From Octopus sinensis (taxonomy: Eukaryota): a DNA stretch of 64,000 nucleotides. The notes under the pieces are model-generated. The model saw only the letters and a program-made list of their open reading frames with translations. It ran no database searches and was not told the DNA's origin. The position numbers and the translations under genes were made by a program. This document shows, piece after piece, positions 41,155-53,268 of this stretch. The DNA lies in the NCBI RefSeq assembly GCF_006345805.1, contig NC_043005.1, forward strand, positions 93,496,001 to 93,560,000. The letters run 5' to 3'. Within the stretch, counting starts at the first letter, position 1, and each line of letters begins with the position of its first letter.

Positions 41155-41526
41155 GGCTGAGAGAGCAGTGCATGCCATCAAAGTGACACTGGGGTAAAAT
41201 ATACGAAGCCCAGTATACCCATCATGACTACCCGTCTGATAAGGGTACACTGGGCACATGCATCACAACCATATGTGTGCAACATGGTGACTTTCAAGAT
41301 AAACAGCGCATGACCTTACAGGTGGGGCCCAGTTAGAATCTTCTTCGGGTCGAGTGTCCCATCCCGCTCAAAAGGTCCCTGAGAAAGGACTGTTTAAGGA
41401 TGTTGAACGAAACACCCATATTTCCAGAGGTGAATTATTCAAACCCTAAAGAATTCCGTTCAACACATGGCTATGATGCTCCCCAACTACTTCTGCTCGT
41501 GATCAGAGATGCACATATCGTCAGCC
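41155..41526 (-). mobile_element. 5'-truncated second copy of the (AAT)n-associated non-coding repeat
   Basis: Reverse complement of about 14712-15085; its 3' end abuts (TTA)n at 41081-41154. Confidence 0.85.
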
Positions 41527-42779
41527 TCTTACGTCCTGAGTTCAAATCTCACCATGGTATACTTTGCCAGCAGACTTAACCCGTTACCTGGTTTAACACC
41601 ACATACCTGGCACTCTGGTTGCCGTTAGCAAAGTCCACTCTGTAGCAATCATTTGGGACAGGTTTCTGGTTTGAGGATATCTACCTCTCTCCCTCCCTCC
41701 AGTCTCCGGGGCCTCGTAACAAGTCATGGCCAATGTCTTCCTTCATGACTAAAAGATTAAAAAAAATTACATGCAAGCACAAACACACACAATATAGTTT
41801 GTTTTTATTTTGTCATGTTTTGTTTGTTTGTTGTTGTTGTTTTTTTTCTTTTTTACCTGGAGGCGTCAAAATATCATGTTCAACTTTCGGTGTGAGATTA
41901 TAGAAAGCAGGAAACAAACCAACACAAAAATGCTTTCAGACAATAATGTTGACTGTTGGTTTTCCGCCACATTTCTCAGAAGAAAGTATCCACTAGAGGT
42001 CAGCACCAACAACTCAGGCGACACTGGTAAACAGCTTATCTGGTTGACTCTGTTTGTTAACACCGATAAAGACGTCGCCTTACTCACAGCAATGTGTGAT
42101 TTGTCAACAAACGAACCGTTTTATTTATCGTTCAAAGAACAACACAGAAACTTCTTTCTCTACAGTTTGTCTCCCGGTCGAATTCTTTTGCTTTCGAGAT
42201 GCTACTGTTATCACCTTTTTATTTTATTCAATTCTTCACTTTTATCCATTCATTTTATAACGCTTTCTTTCTTTCTTTCTTTTTTCCTTCCTTCCTTTCC
42301 TTTTCTCCATTGAATCCACATTGTTTTCTAATTTCACGTACAACAACAGAAACACACTGTTGCCATTGTGTCTTCTGTTCTGACTTCGTGCACAGAGTTT
42401 ATTTTATTATAGTTTTCTTTCTTTTATTATTTTTTTTAATGTAAATTAGTAGACTGCGGCCATCCAATCATCATTGTCTAATCGATGAAATCCACCCGAC
42501 TCAATATATCGGTCACATCGGACACAGACACAAAACCGCACACACACATATATACATACATATAAACATGCGTGTATATATATATATGTGTGTGTGTGTG
42601 TATGTATTAGTATATAGTACTGCATATATATATAATGTATATATATATATACACACACACACATATATATACATGTGTATGTATGTGTAAAACTTAATAG
42701 TGCCATCTGTTGAGTCATGTTTAAGTCAAGTGTTGTGGTTTCATAGCCCATTCACTTGGGGCGTTGTTGTTGACTGAGA

Positions 42780-43970
42780 TATGTCCAGGTATCAGCGGTT
42801 TGTCTGGAGTCATTTGAAGAAATTTGTCTAGATATCGTATAAAGATTATGGAATTTTTTTTTCTTCCTTGATTTGTATGGGATAATATGAAATAGAGCAG
42901 GGCCTTTTGTGGCAAGATTATCGTATTGCAATGGTGGTTGAGTGCAGTGAACCCGATTTGTGAAAGGTTCGTATGCCACGGGGTCCCATCCTTGGATGAA
43001 TTGTAAATTTGATGCTAAGGTCGTTTTAGCAATGCCGGTGGTATACTCGACTACTACACATTGTGCAAATGTAGCACTCACGGCGGCGTTGGACAGAGAG
43101 GTTTTAAAGTAGTCCTAGTAATCAAGATCAGTCATGCCATTTATTTGCTTATTTCTTTTGTAATTGCTCTTTGGAGTGTTTCAATTCTCATAATGTTATG
43201 TATAGGGAGACCACAGCGTTATTCTGGGTATGCTTGTACAAAGGTGGAGAAAATGGCAAAGATGGCATCTGGTTCTCTGGACCGGAAAATTCTGATGATC
43301 TAGAAGCTTATCTTGCGAACCATTTCGACTTTATTGTTGATGTGAGGCGATCCTGTGGATTTTGTTGTCAACAATTACTTCTGACTCTCTTGTTAGCCAC
43401 AAGCTTTCTCCTCAAAGACAATCGATTGAATACACTGTCTTTTCTCCAAAGTGCATGGTTTCGAATTTTCTCTCATTTGCAGCATGTTCTTTCTGTCCGC
43501 CCGTTCACTTACAGAATGCAAATCAGACTGGAGCTTTCTTTAGTCTTCTCCATTAATAAGCTTTTGAAACTTGGGTGACATCTGTAAATATTTTGTATTT
43601 TACTCAGCTTGATGACATCCGAGATATCATTTCTATGCAGAATGCAGTGAAGTGGGCCAAACACAGTGCACTACAGAGCGTCACTGGTGACTTTGGGTGG
43701 ACTTCAGTGGATTCCATCGATTGCAACATTTTCACAGATTCAAATGTTGGACAATTTTAACAGTAGGGATTTTGTGGTTGACAACGAATGCTTTGCTGAA
43801 GTCAAAATAAATACCACCAGTGTTCGAGATAGAAGCTGTGTTAGATAGTCTATGCCGCAACGAAAGCCATGATGTTTAGAATTCAGGAGGTTGTTACACC
43901 CCAAGATGCAGGTTTTCCATGATCTTACCACTTTTTCAAGTACTTTGATGATATGAAAAGTGACATTAGG
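42780..43970 (-). pseudogene. Decayed CR1/L2-type LINE RT fragment
   Basis: Minus frames give SKHHGFRCG..LTQLL, YFDFSKAF..NHK..LLKL, and TVFGPLH.ILH.NDISDVIKLSKI (the eroded GVPQGSVLGP motif). Confidence 0.75.
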
Positions 43971-44060
43971 CGATATCGGTTTCTCTCTTTAAAGACGGAG
44001 ATGACAGACTGGAATAAGAGATGTTTAGCTCTAATAAGAGATGTTTAGCTATATAGCTCT

Positions 44061-44121
<61 letters not shown>

Positions 44122-44591
44122 AAAAATGGGCTTTTTTTACCCAATATTTTACCCGCTATTATTGATGGCTTTATCCTCTTCGATTTCCACTGTTAAAAGC
44201 GAATTATTTCATACACACACGGATAGATAGAAAGAGAGAAAGATAAACATATACTATACACACACATGCGTATGTATATGTACATATATTTATATTTACA
44301 CACACACACACACTAGTGTTTGTGTGTGTGTGTGTATTTGGGTGCTGCTGTTGACACAAGAACCAGCGTCTACGTATACATAAAACTACAATTACATTTC
44401 ATTTTCGTGCAGAAATACAAATACAATCATGTGAATATATATTTATCATATTCAACTATATTCACTTCCGTTTACATTAGAATGTATAAATGTATGTGCA
44501 AGAGAGCAGGGGAAAGAGGACACGGACAAACGCACGCGCACAAAACTCGTGCGCGTGTATGTGTGTGTGTGTTGTGTGTGTGTGTGTGTGT

Positions 44592-44652
<61 letters not shown>

Positions 44653-44678
44653 CGTGCGTGCGTGAGTGTGTATACATA

Positions 44679-45070
44679 GGCACAGGAGTGGCTATGTGCT
44701 TACCAGCCACATGGTTCCGGGTTCAGTCCCACTGCGTGGCACCTTAGGCAAGTGTCTACTACTATAGCCTCGTGCCGACCAAAGCATACATACATACATA
44801 CATATATACATACATACATACACACATATGCACATATATACATGTATACGTTTGTGTGTCTGTGTTTGTCTCCCCCTACCATCGCTTGACAACCGATGTT
44901 GGTGTGTTTACGTCCCCGTAACTTAGCGGTTCGGTAAAACTGGCCGATAGAATAAGCACTAGGCTTACAAAGAATAAGTTCTGGGGTCGATTTGCTCGAC
45001 TAAAGGCGGTGCTCCAGCATGGCCGCAGGCAAATGACTGAAATAAATAAATGAATAAAAAGAAAAAAGAA
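44679..45070 (+). mobile_element. tRNA-headed SINE (same family as 9911-10315)
   Basis: ggcacaggagtggct..ggttcagtccc..accttaggcaagtgtc, internal (CATA)n, A-rich tail. A 3' fragment of the family is also at 52805-52875. Confidence 0.85.
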
Positions 45071-45083
45071 AGGAATATATATA

Positions 45084-45116
<33 letters not shown>

Positions 45117-45139
45117 ATGTGACAATTAGTTGGTTGTCA

Positions 45140-45202
45140 TAATAAAACTCAGAGTTTCAGATGCTGGAGCAGACTTCAGCTCCGGCATCTCATCAGTTAT
45201 TA
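45140..45202 (-). ncRNA. Near-canonical minimal hammerhead ribozyme
   Basis: Minus strand UAAUAA CUGAUGA GAUGC-c-GGAGC-ugaagucu-GCUCC-a-GCAUC u GAAA CUCUGAG UU UUAUUA. One extra U before GAAA; GUU triplet. Confidence 0.75.
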
Positions 45203-45277
45203 AGACAAACAAAAATGCTATGAAAAAAAAAACGTTGAATAAAGAATATCGAAGTCTCATTCATTATTTCGCTGTTA

Positions 45278-45313
<36 letters not shown>

Positions 45314-46295
45314 CAATATATATATATACGCACACACGCGCACACACGCGCGCACACACACACAATCATTATTCAAAGTGGAGTCAAGAACTTATAAAGT
45401 TTTGTCAACTGGAACATTTCTTCTGTTGACATTTGTTATTATTTCCATTTTTTCTAGTTTATAAATGTTTTCGTTCGCTAATTGTTATTCCTAGATTTTT
45501 GCTCTACCACCCTCCATAGAATTGTTATTGCAGAACTTGTTTAACATCCCAGTCTCCTATCGTGTGTCATGGCCAATATTTCACTTCGTCTCCATTGACT
45601 ATTAAAGAAAGAAGTAAAAAAAAAAATGGGAAAGGCAGGAAGAGAGAAGAATATTTTTGTTAAAACCGGAATAGCAGCTTTTCATTTTCATTTTCTTGTA
45701 TTCTTGTTTAAATTTCTGTTTCGTCGTTGAAGCCATGTTAAAAAATATATCTTGTCATTGTGCTTGGTATTCTGTGAGGAAGTTACAAGGAAGAGTGTCG
45801 GGTGAGAATTTGGGATCTTCCAGAATTGCCCAAAATAAGGACTTGTGTAAATGAAACAAAATTGTTGTCAGCCCTGGAATTGACAGAATCAATAACTGTT
45901 CAGTTTCGTTAAAAACACCAACTTTAACATTGAAACTGAAGTTGCCTGAACCACCGATGATTGGGAGGAGGGATATTTTGAAATCTGGATGTGATGGTAA
46001 AAAATGGATATAAAAACAACCCCTTCAAATTAGGTAAAAATGTCTTGAAAATAAAATACCTCTTTGGTTGTGTAACCGGATCAAATATCGCAGGACATCC
46101 AGTTCGACGACCTGACACTCATCTACACCAATCTACTATCATGGTTTGATATTTTTATTCTATCGACCACTGCCTATTTTCACAGCCACCATTTTAAAAA
46201 TCAAATCTTCTATAGACTGTTGGATAGACTTTATTTTATCGACATAAGGGAGACAAAGATTTAAGTATTGCTCTAACGATCGGTTAAGTTTCCAT

Positions 46296-46336
<41 letters not shown>

Positions 46337-46421
46337 ACACACACACACATACACACACACACACAAAGAAGTTGCCACAGGGAATTAAAGAAATGATCGA
46401 TTATGGAAAAAGAACGATTTA

Positions 46422-47280
46422 CGAGGTCTGATCAATAAGTATCCGGGCCGATGCCATAGCAACGAAGCTAAAGCACCCAAAGTAAAGCCGCTTGGCTCAG
46501 ATTGATCTTTAATTCCGCTGTGCATGCGCACTAAATTTTAACGCTCTAGCTCACTTCCGCTGTTTACAGCAGTGCTTGGAATGAATGTGTGTAGCGTGTG
46601 ATCGTCGCATTGACCATGACAGAGAAAGTTGTCATGACGATACCTGCTCAGAGACCTACGCAAAGTTACAGAGAGTGTATGAGCCGTACAAAAGTGTACA
46701 AGTGGTTCAGACGTTTCCAAGATGGCCGTAAAAATGTCGATATTGACGAACATTCTGGGAGACCCGCAACCAACAGAACGGAGAAAAATATCGCAGATGT
46801 GCGTTCAGCTGTGAGAAGACATCGTCGAATTCACCATCCGTGAGTTATGAGAGGACGTACAGAACGGTTCAGTTCAGGCCATTATCACTGAAGATTTGGG
46901 TATGAGACGCGTGCCTGCCAAGTTTGTGCCAAAACTGCTTTCAGCTGACCAAAAAACACTCGATCTCGCACAAGATCTCCTTGATTGTGTCGAGAACGAT
47001 GAAAACTTTGCATAGGCCTCTGAGCAGGTATCACCAAGATTTTGGCAAAATTTGATGCAAATTCTCTACTCAAATTTCTCTGCCATGGTCAATACGACGA
47101 TAACACGCTACACACGTTCCTTCCAAGCACTGCTATAAACAGCGGAAGCGAGCTAGAACGTTAAAACTTAGAGTACGTGCACAGCAGAGTTGAAGATCAA
47201 CCTGTGCCAAGCCGCTTCACTCTGCGTGCTTTAGCTTCGTTACTATAGCCACAGCCCGGATACATATTGATCATACCACG
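46422..47280. mobile_element. Non-autonomous mariner derivative made of two 5' ends (fold-back)
   Basis: TA TSDs at 46420-21 and 47281-82. Inverted arms 46422-46667 and 47004-47280 both include the transposase start region. The centre encodes the HTH part (SRTKVYKWFRRF..SGRP..VPAKFVPKLL). Confidence 0.9.
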
Positions 47281-47328
47281 TAGATGGATAGATAGATAGA
47301 CAGATAGATGGACATATACCTATTTGGG

Positions 47329-47585
47329 TAAGTAGGTAGGTAGGTAGGTAGGTTGGTAGGTAGGTAGGTAGGTAGGTTGGTAGGTAGGTAGGTAGGTAGG
47401 TAGGTAGGTTGGTAGGTAGGTAGGTAGGTAGATAGGTAGGTAGGTAGGTAGGTAGGTAGGTAGGTAGGTTGGTAGGTAGGTAGGTAGGTAGGTAGGTAGG
47501 TAGGTAGGTAGGTAGGTAGGTAGGTAGGTAGGTAGGTAGGTAGGTTGGTAGGTAGGTAGGTAGGTTGGTAGGTAGGTAGGTAGGA
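47329..47585. repeat. (GTAG)n tetranucleotide array
   Basis: Direct reading; source of the TYLP pseudo-ORF. Confidence 0.97.
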
Positions 47586-50558
47586 AATATGTATGAGAGA
47601 GGGTTATGAAGACAAAGAGAAAAATGCAGAAAAGTGAGATTTTAAAAAACAATCAAGTAGGATTGTGTGTGTGTGTGTGTGTGTGCGTGTGTTGTGTGTG
47701 TGTGTGTGTGTAACCTACCACTACAACCCTTATTGCACCACGACCACCACTATCACATTACATCGCACTCCGACTTAACAAAGGAACATCAAACAAGTGA
47801 CAGTTAATTGTGATGTGTTGGATAGGGTGAAGACAAAGCCTGTTGTGTTGCCAATAATATGATGTCAGCCATCATAACACTCCCACCTTCCACATCCTGT
47901 CTATCATCACCTTGTCACGTCCAATGTTTTCTCGCCTTCCATAAATGCCCATTGACCTACCTCTACGTGGTCGATTGACCTGCTAGAAGTAGCCGCCAAA
48001 CCTTCAGATCGTATCGTCTTCGAAGAGAAGAACACCTTGGACAACGTAGTTCTGGAAAGACCTCGATCCACTGAGAGAGGAAGTTCATAGGACTAGATTT
48101 CAGCTCCGACTGCTATTTCTAGTAGCTCAAGTGACCACGTGGACGCTCCCTCATTGATACATTCACAACGACCGGTTTCGCATGCACGTGACTACACTGA
48201 CAACAGGGACCCACCCCACTCACAGACTCCGTATTTCGCAAGATAACTAATACTCTTCTATACCGTTCTTTACTCGATCTGACAGAAATAGTAGCCAAAG
48301 CCTTCTCTGTTTCGAATCACTCCCTTAATGTCTTAAAAGGTTAAAGAGAACCAATAAATATAAGCTCCTGAAAAAAAACGATGTGGGGATGTCTTTAATC
48401 GTAGATCTGCTTTTATCAGGGCTGACCTAGGGTTAAACAACATCAACAATAGCAACAACAACAACCGACGGAAAATATCACAAGCCGGTCACATGACTAG
48501 CCTCTTCGATAGGCGAAGCTTCTTCGAGGCTATGCAACCTGCTAGAAATAGTAGCAACTCTCCATTCAAATCACTCTGTAGAAAAGAAATACACATTAGA
48601 TAATGAAGTCTTATGAAAAAGAGAAAAAGATCTAGATTGATAAGAGTTGGAAGGCTTGTGATCAAATGTCTGCTCGGACAAGTTTAATCTGAGGCTAAAC
48701 ATTAGGATAGAATAAGATGCTGACATTGTTTCATAAAAATATAAAAAGTTTTACAACTGTTGAACTTCATTTTAACCCCAGGTCAACCCTGTCAAGATGT
48801 TCCTGTCGTAAGCGTCCCACGTTGTATCTAAGCCTCTACATTCTCCGGGATATCTTTCCTCCCTTTTTAAGAAGCAGAGCAGAGTATCATATAAGTAAGA
48901 TTTTTGCTGATATTTCTACCATATCGAACGCTAATGCAGACGCTTCCACGTTGGTTACACGAAGTCTACTACCCACTATCGGAAGCCATGCATCAATTTA
49001 CCTCTTATTAATTATAAAACGTTTAAGATACATTGACTTCCGTGATCTCCAGCATTTGTTTCGGTGTCAGTCTAAAGAGAGCTCGGTTTGTGTAAATATA
49101 TTTTCGCCAGCCTATTAAATTTTGGGCGTGCTCTGTATATACCATCGGCATTCTGAAAATAAAAGAATGAAATGCAACACACAAAAAAAAGTCTAGCGAT
49201 GTTAATAATCCCATCCGTACGCTTATATATAACGTAATGTAGCCGTTTATTTACAGTAGTAAGCCAAGATATCCAAAGAATCTATGGAATAGATAATTGA
49301 TTCAATTATACTGGCTATTATGTCAATAATCATATAGGACGGTAGTTTGCGCTATTTCTGATTTCAAATTCTGCCGCGATCAGCTTTACCTTCCACCCCA
49401 CCTCAATGGGGTCAAGTCGATGGTGGTTAACATCCAGTTTAACGGTTTTAAAAGAGGAAACTAAACCGACCGGAAACGACGACAGTGACATCCCGTAATT
49501 TCATGTAAGCAAATCTAAGTAAGACAACCAATATATAGAACGTGTATATATTTCATGAAACAAGAAAACCGTGCATATATATTATATAAAATAAAAACAA
49601 TCACACTTAAAGTACGTTGGAACGGTGTACCACAGTCACAATTTCTGAAATACATGAAATATCACTAGAAGCTACAATACAATGAGATGCATGTGAATAC
49701 GGTATAAGAATGGGGGGGGTACTGCTAATAAAATTCAGGGATTTCCCCAGTTTTGTTTATGTTTTCTTTATAAAGTTAGTGTTTGTCACTATCGTCACTT
49801 TCAGGCGATTTACTTCCATATTTTTAACTCCTAAACTGTATATTAACTTTGGTGCTACCAGCTAAGCCTCAAAATTGCTGGCTTTATGCTTCCTAAATCA
49901 TAATCAATCACATTAACAGTTACTTATCAATATTGTGTGATGAGGTTGTCTTTATTTATTAATTTTCAAACATTATATTCATTCATTCATTGCATGTGTG
50001 CTTATAAACACAAACACACACACACACACACCACGAATGCATGCACGTACATGCATACATGCGCGTACACGAACCTATACTCACATACATATGTGAAAAA
50101 AAATTTCAATAAAAGAGCATTGTTATATTGTGTGAAGAGAGATTTGGTAAGGCGGAGCAAGATTACTTTTGGGGCCCCCCAGCTGCGTGTAGCTCCCAAA
50201 ATTTCAAGATGTTGTGCTTCAATCAGAAACATTTACTTCAACATATACTTATCAAAATGGAGTGATGAGGTTCTTGTATTTTTATTAATATTCAGCCACG
50301 ATTTACATGCAACAGGGTTTATATTTTGTAGTTTTATTTAATGGTCTTTTATTATCGGTAAATCATATTTCCACTTGATTCCTCTGCTTGTTTTTATTTT
50401 CAATTTCTTGTACTCGTTATTTTATTGTTTATATGAGAAGAACTCTTCATCGTATCTTAGCCCCCTCAGGAGACGCGTAGTACGCTTCAACTACCAAAAA
50501 TGTATTGTTATGGAAATAAGGGAAACGGCGAATAAAAAACGAGCTGCCTTTTGAAAAG

Positions 50559-50661
50559 TCACCTGAGGAGACACATCGGCACCAACGATGCACCACGACT
50601 GTTTGTATTGCATCTCACCTGAGACGAACCGATGCACGATGGGTCGAAACGATCGTAGTGA
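50559..50661 (+). ncRNA. Minimal hammerhead ribozyme with a large loop-II insertion
   Basis: UCAC CUGAGGA GACACAUCG-[58 nt]-CGAUGGGUC GAAA CGAUCG UA GUGA. 8 of 9 pairs in stem II, palindromic stem III, GUA. Confidence 0.75.
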
Positions 50662-50739
50662 ATAAACAGTCTCGTGGGTTCCATTTTCATTCTATCATAT
50701 ATACATACACACATACAAATATATATATATATTATATAT

Positions 50740-50824
<85 letters not shown>

Positions 50825-51081
50825 TGAGGGAGATAAATTAATATTAATTTTAATATCAATTTAAAACCAGTAGTCCAGCATTCAAAAAATCTGAGGAGTC
50901 AGAGAAAATTCAAATATGTGTATATTGGCAGGGCTGGCCTGCTAGGTAGCCGGCCAGAATGCTAGAAATAGATCATCAACGATCAAACTACAATGGAAAT
51001 TCTCTAGAGGAAGAATTCAGCGAACACCAGAACCAAATTTGCGGGCAGGACATATGAAAAATTAAATAAAAAACAGACTTA

Positions 51082-51157
51082 AATGCATACCTCGGTTTCG
51101 GTCTTAACAAAAGAATTACTTGCATAATTCAAGTGTCCGTGACTTCTTCAGTACATT
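51082..51157 (-). ncRNA. Hammerhead motif (inverted copy of 51387-51462)
   Basis: Exact reverse complement of the plus-strand motif, within the inverted arm. Confidence 0.65.
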
Positions 51158-51386
51158 CGGTCCTCGAGATGCAAACCGCAAGACTAACCCCAGCTCTCTG
51201 TGTCAAGACAGACAAGCTTTACCCGCAGTGAATTATTCACTGCAGCCCTTCGCTTCAGGAGTCTCTTAGCGCGCCGGAACCAAGACATTTGAAATTTTAT
51301 TCCCGATGTAATCAGTAAGACTAAGCACGTGTCTGTCTTGACACAGAGAGCTGGGGTTAGTCTTGCAGTTTGCATCTCGAGGACCG

Positions 51387-51462
51387 AATGTACTGAAGAA
51401 GTCACGGACACTTGAATTATGCAAGTAATTCTTTTGTTAAGACCGAAACCGAGGTATGCATT
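51387..51462 (+). ncRNA. Hammerhead motif, long stem II
   Basis: AAUGUA CUGAAGA a-GUC..ACUUG-aauuaug-CAAGU..GAC-c GAAA CCGAGG UA UGCAUU. A.C at 10.1-11.1; near-palindromic stem III. Confidence 0.65.
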
Positions 51463-51932
51463 TAAGTCTGTTTTTTATTTAATTTTTCATATGTCCTGCC
51501 CGCCAAATTTGGTTCTGGTGTTCGCTGAATTCTTCCTCTAGAGAATTTCCATTGTAGTTTGATCGTTGATGATCTATTTCTAGCATTCTGGCCGGCTACC
51601 TAGCAGGCCAGCCCTGCCAATATACACATATATTTGAATTTTCTCTGACTCCTCAGATTTTTTGAATGCTGGACTACTGGTTTTAAATTGATATTAAAAT
51701 TAATATTAATTTATCTCCCTCAATTTTTAAATATTTAAATAAATACGTTCCCTAGTAGTAAGCTTTACCCGCAGTGAATTATTCACTGCAGCCCTTCGCT
51801 TCAGGAGTCTCTTAGCGCGCCGGAACCAAGACATTTGAAATTTTATTCCCGATGTAATCAGTAAGACTAAGCACGTGTCTGTCTTGACACAGAGAGCTGG
51901 GGTTAGTCTTTCAGTTTGCATCTCGAGGACCG

Positions 51933-52008
51933 AATGTACTGAAGAAGTCACGGACACTTGAATTATGCAAGTAATTCTTTTGTTAAGACCGAAACCGAGG
52001 TATGCATT
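51933..52008 (+). ncRNA. Hammerhead motif (tandem copy, +546 bp)
   Basis: Identical to 51387-51462. Confidence 0.65.
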
Positions 52009-52319
52009 TAAGTCTGTTTTTTATTTAATTTTTCATATGTCCTGCCCGCCAAATTTGGTTCTGGTGTTCGCTGAATTCTTCCTCTAGAGAATTTCCATTG
52101 TAGTTTGATCGTTGATGATCTATTTCTAGCATTCTGGCCGGCTACCTAGCAGGCCAGCCCTGCCAATATACACATATATATATATAGATGTACTTGCATA
52201 GCGAGTGATTTGATCTGAGATCGTGTGCTGGAACGAAAATAATTGCAGCGTGGAAGGTGTTTATAAGCCATTTAAGAAACACACAAAACCGTTAGATTCA
52301 CTTTAACATTTAAATTTAA

Positions 52320-52370
52320 TTTGTCAAAATATTTTCGTCGCTTTGAGACCGCGACCTGTTCACTGACAAA
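52320..52370 (-). ncRNA. Hammerhead variant with G3-C8 swapped core and an extra nucleotide after A9
   Basis: Minus strand UUUGUCA GUGAACA g GUCGC-ggucucaaa-GCGAC GAAA AUAU UU UGACAAA. 7-bp stem I, 5-bp stem II, palindromic AAUAUU stem III. Confidence 0.7.
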
Positions 52371-53226
52371 GCTTCGTGCTGCATCTGAGAAAGTAACAGT
52401 TAGTTCATGATATGTGTGTGTGTGTGTGGTGTGTGTGTGTGTGTGTCTATGTGTGTGTGTGTGTATGTGCGTATGTATGTATGTATGTATGTGCGTATGT
52501 ATGTATGTGTGTACATGTATGTGCGCATGCATGTGTGCATGCCTATACGCATGTATGTATGTACCTATGTACTTACGTATGTATGTGAGTATTTAGGAGA
52601 GTGTGTAGACGTGTATGTGTGATTGTACATGTGTAATTATTATATGTGAACGTATGTATATATGAACGTATGTATATGTGAACGTATACATGTATATATA
52701 TATATATATATATAATATATATATATATAAAGGAATACAAAAAAATGGGACAAGAACGCAAAACATCCAGACAGTTAGATGATACAAAAAATGGACAAGA
52801 AAAAGTCGATTTGTTCGACTAAAGGTGGTACTCCAGCATAACCGCAGTCAAATGACTGAAACAAATAAAAGAATATGTATACACACACACACACACACAC
52901 ATACACACACACAGAGAAAGAGAGAGAGGGAGAGTGCAGAGAAAGAGAGAGAGAGATACATGCATACATCCGTGCGTACAAACTTACATAAATTCGTCTG
53001 TGATAGTAATCTCTCTCCCGACCTGCCAAAAAAAAAAAATAATAATAATAATAATAAGCGCAAGCGTGTAATGAGCTTTTTCGGCATTGATAAAATTCCT
53101 GCAGAATTATTTCATAGAATCTAATCCAAAAGAAATAATCATTATACTAAGAAATTCCATCTGCCTAGACGAATACCGATTGTTGCATTCTATGCCAGTT
53201 TTTATTTTATCCATTTTTATTTTCAC

Positions 53227-53268
<42 letters not shown>

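Larger units (their letters stand above)
50821..52179. mobile_element. Hammerhead-bearing inverted + tandem repeat unit (Penelope pLTR / retrozyme-like)
   Basis: Inverted arms 50821-51213 and 51331-51726 (1 substitution and 2 small indels by eye). Direct repeat 51214-51633 / 51760-52179 (period 546 bp). Bounded by (TA)n. Confidence 0.85.

Noticed and set aside
48717-49118. 133-aa ORF (likewise 24656-24985 and 43171-43578)
   Set aside because: No domain signature or splice context; the 43171 ORF is the antisense of a CR1 RT fossil.
52840-52875. SINE tail CAGUC-aaau-GACUG AAAC AA.UA resembling stem II + GAAA
   Set aside because: No CUGANGA core in any copy (9911-9960, 45020-45060).
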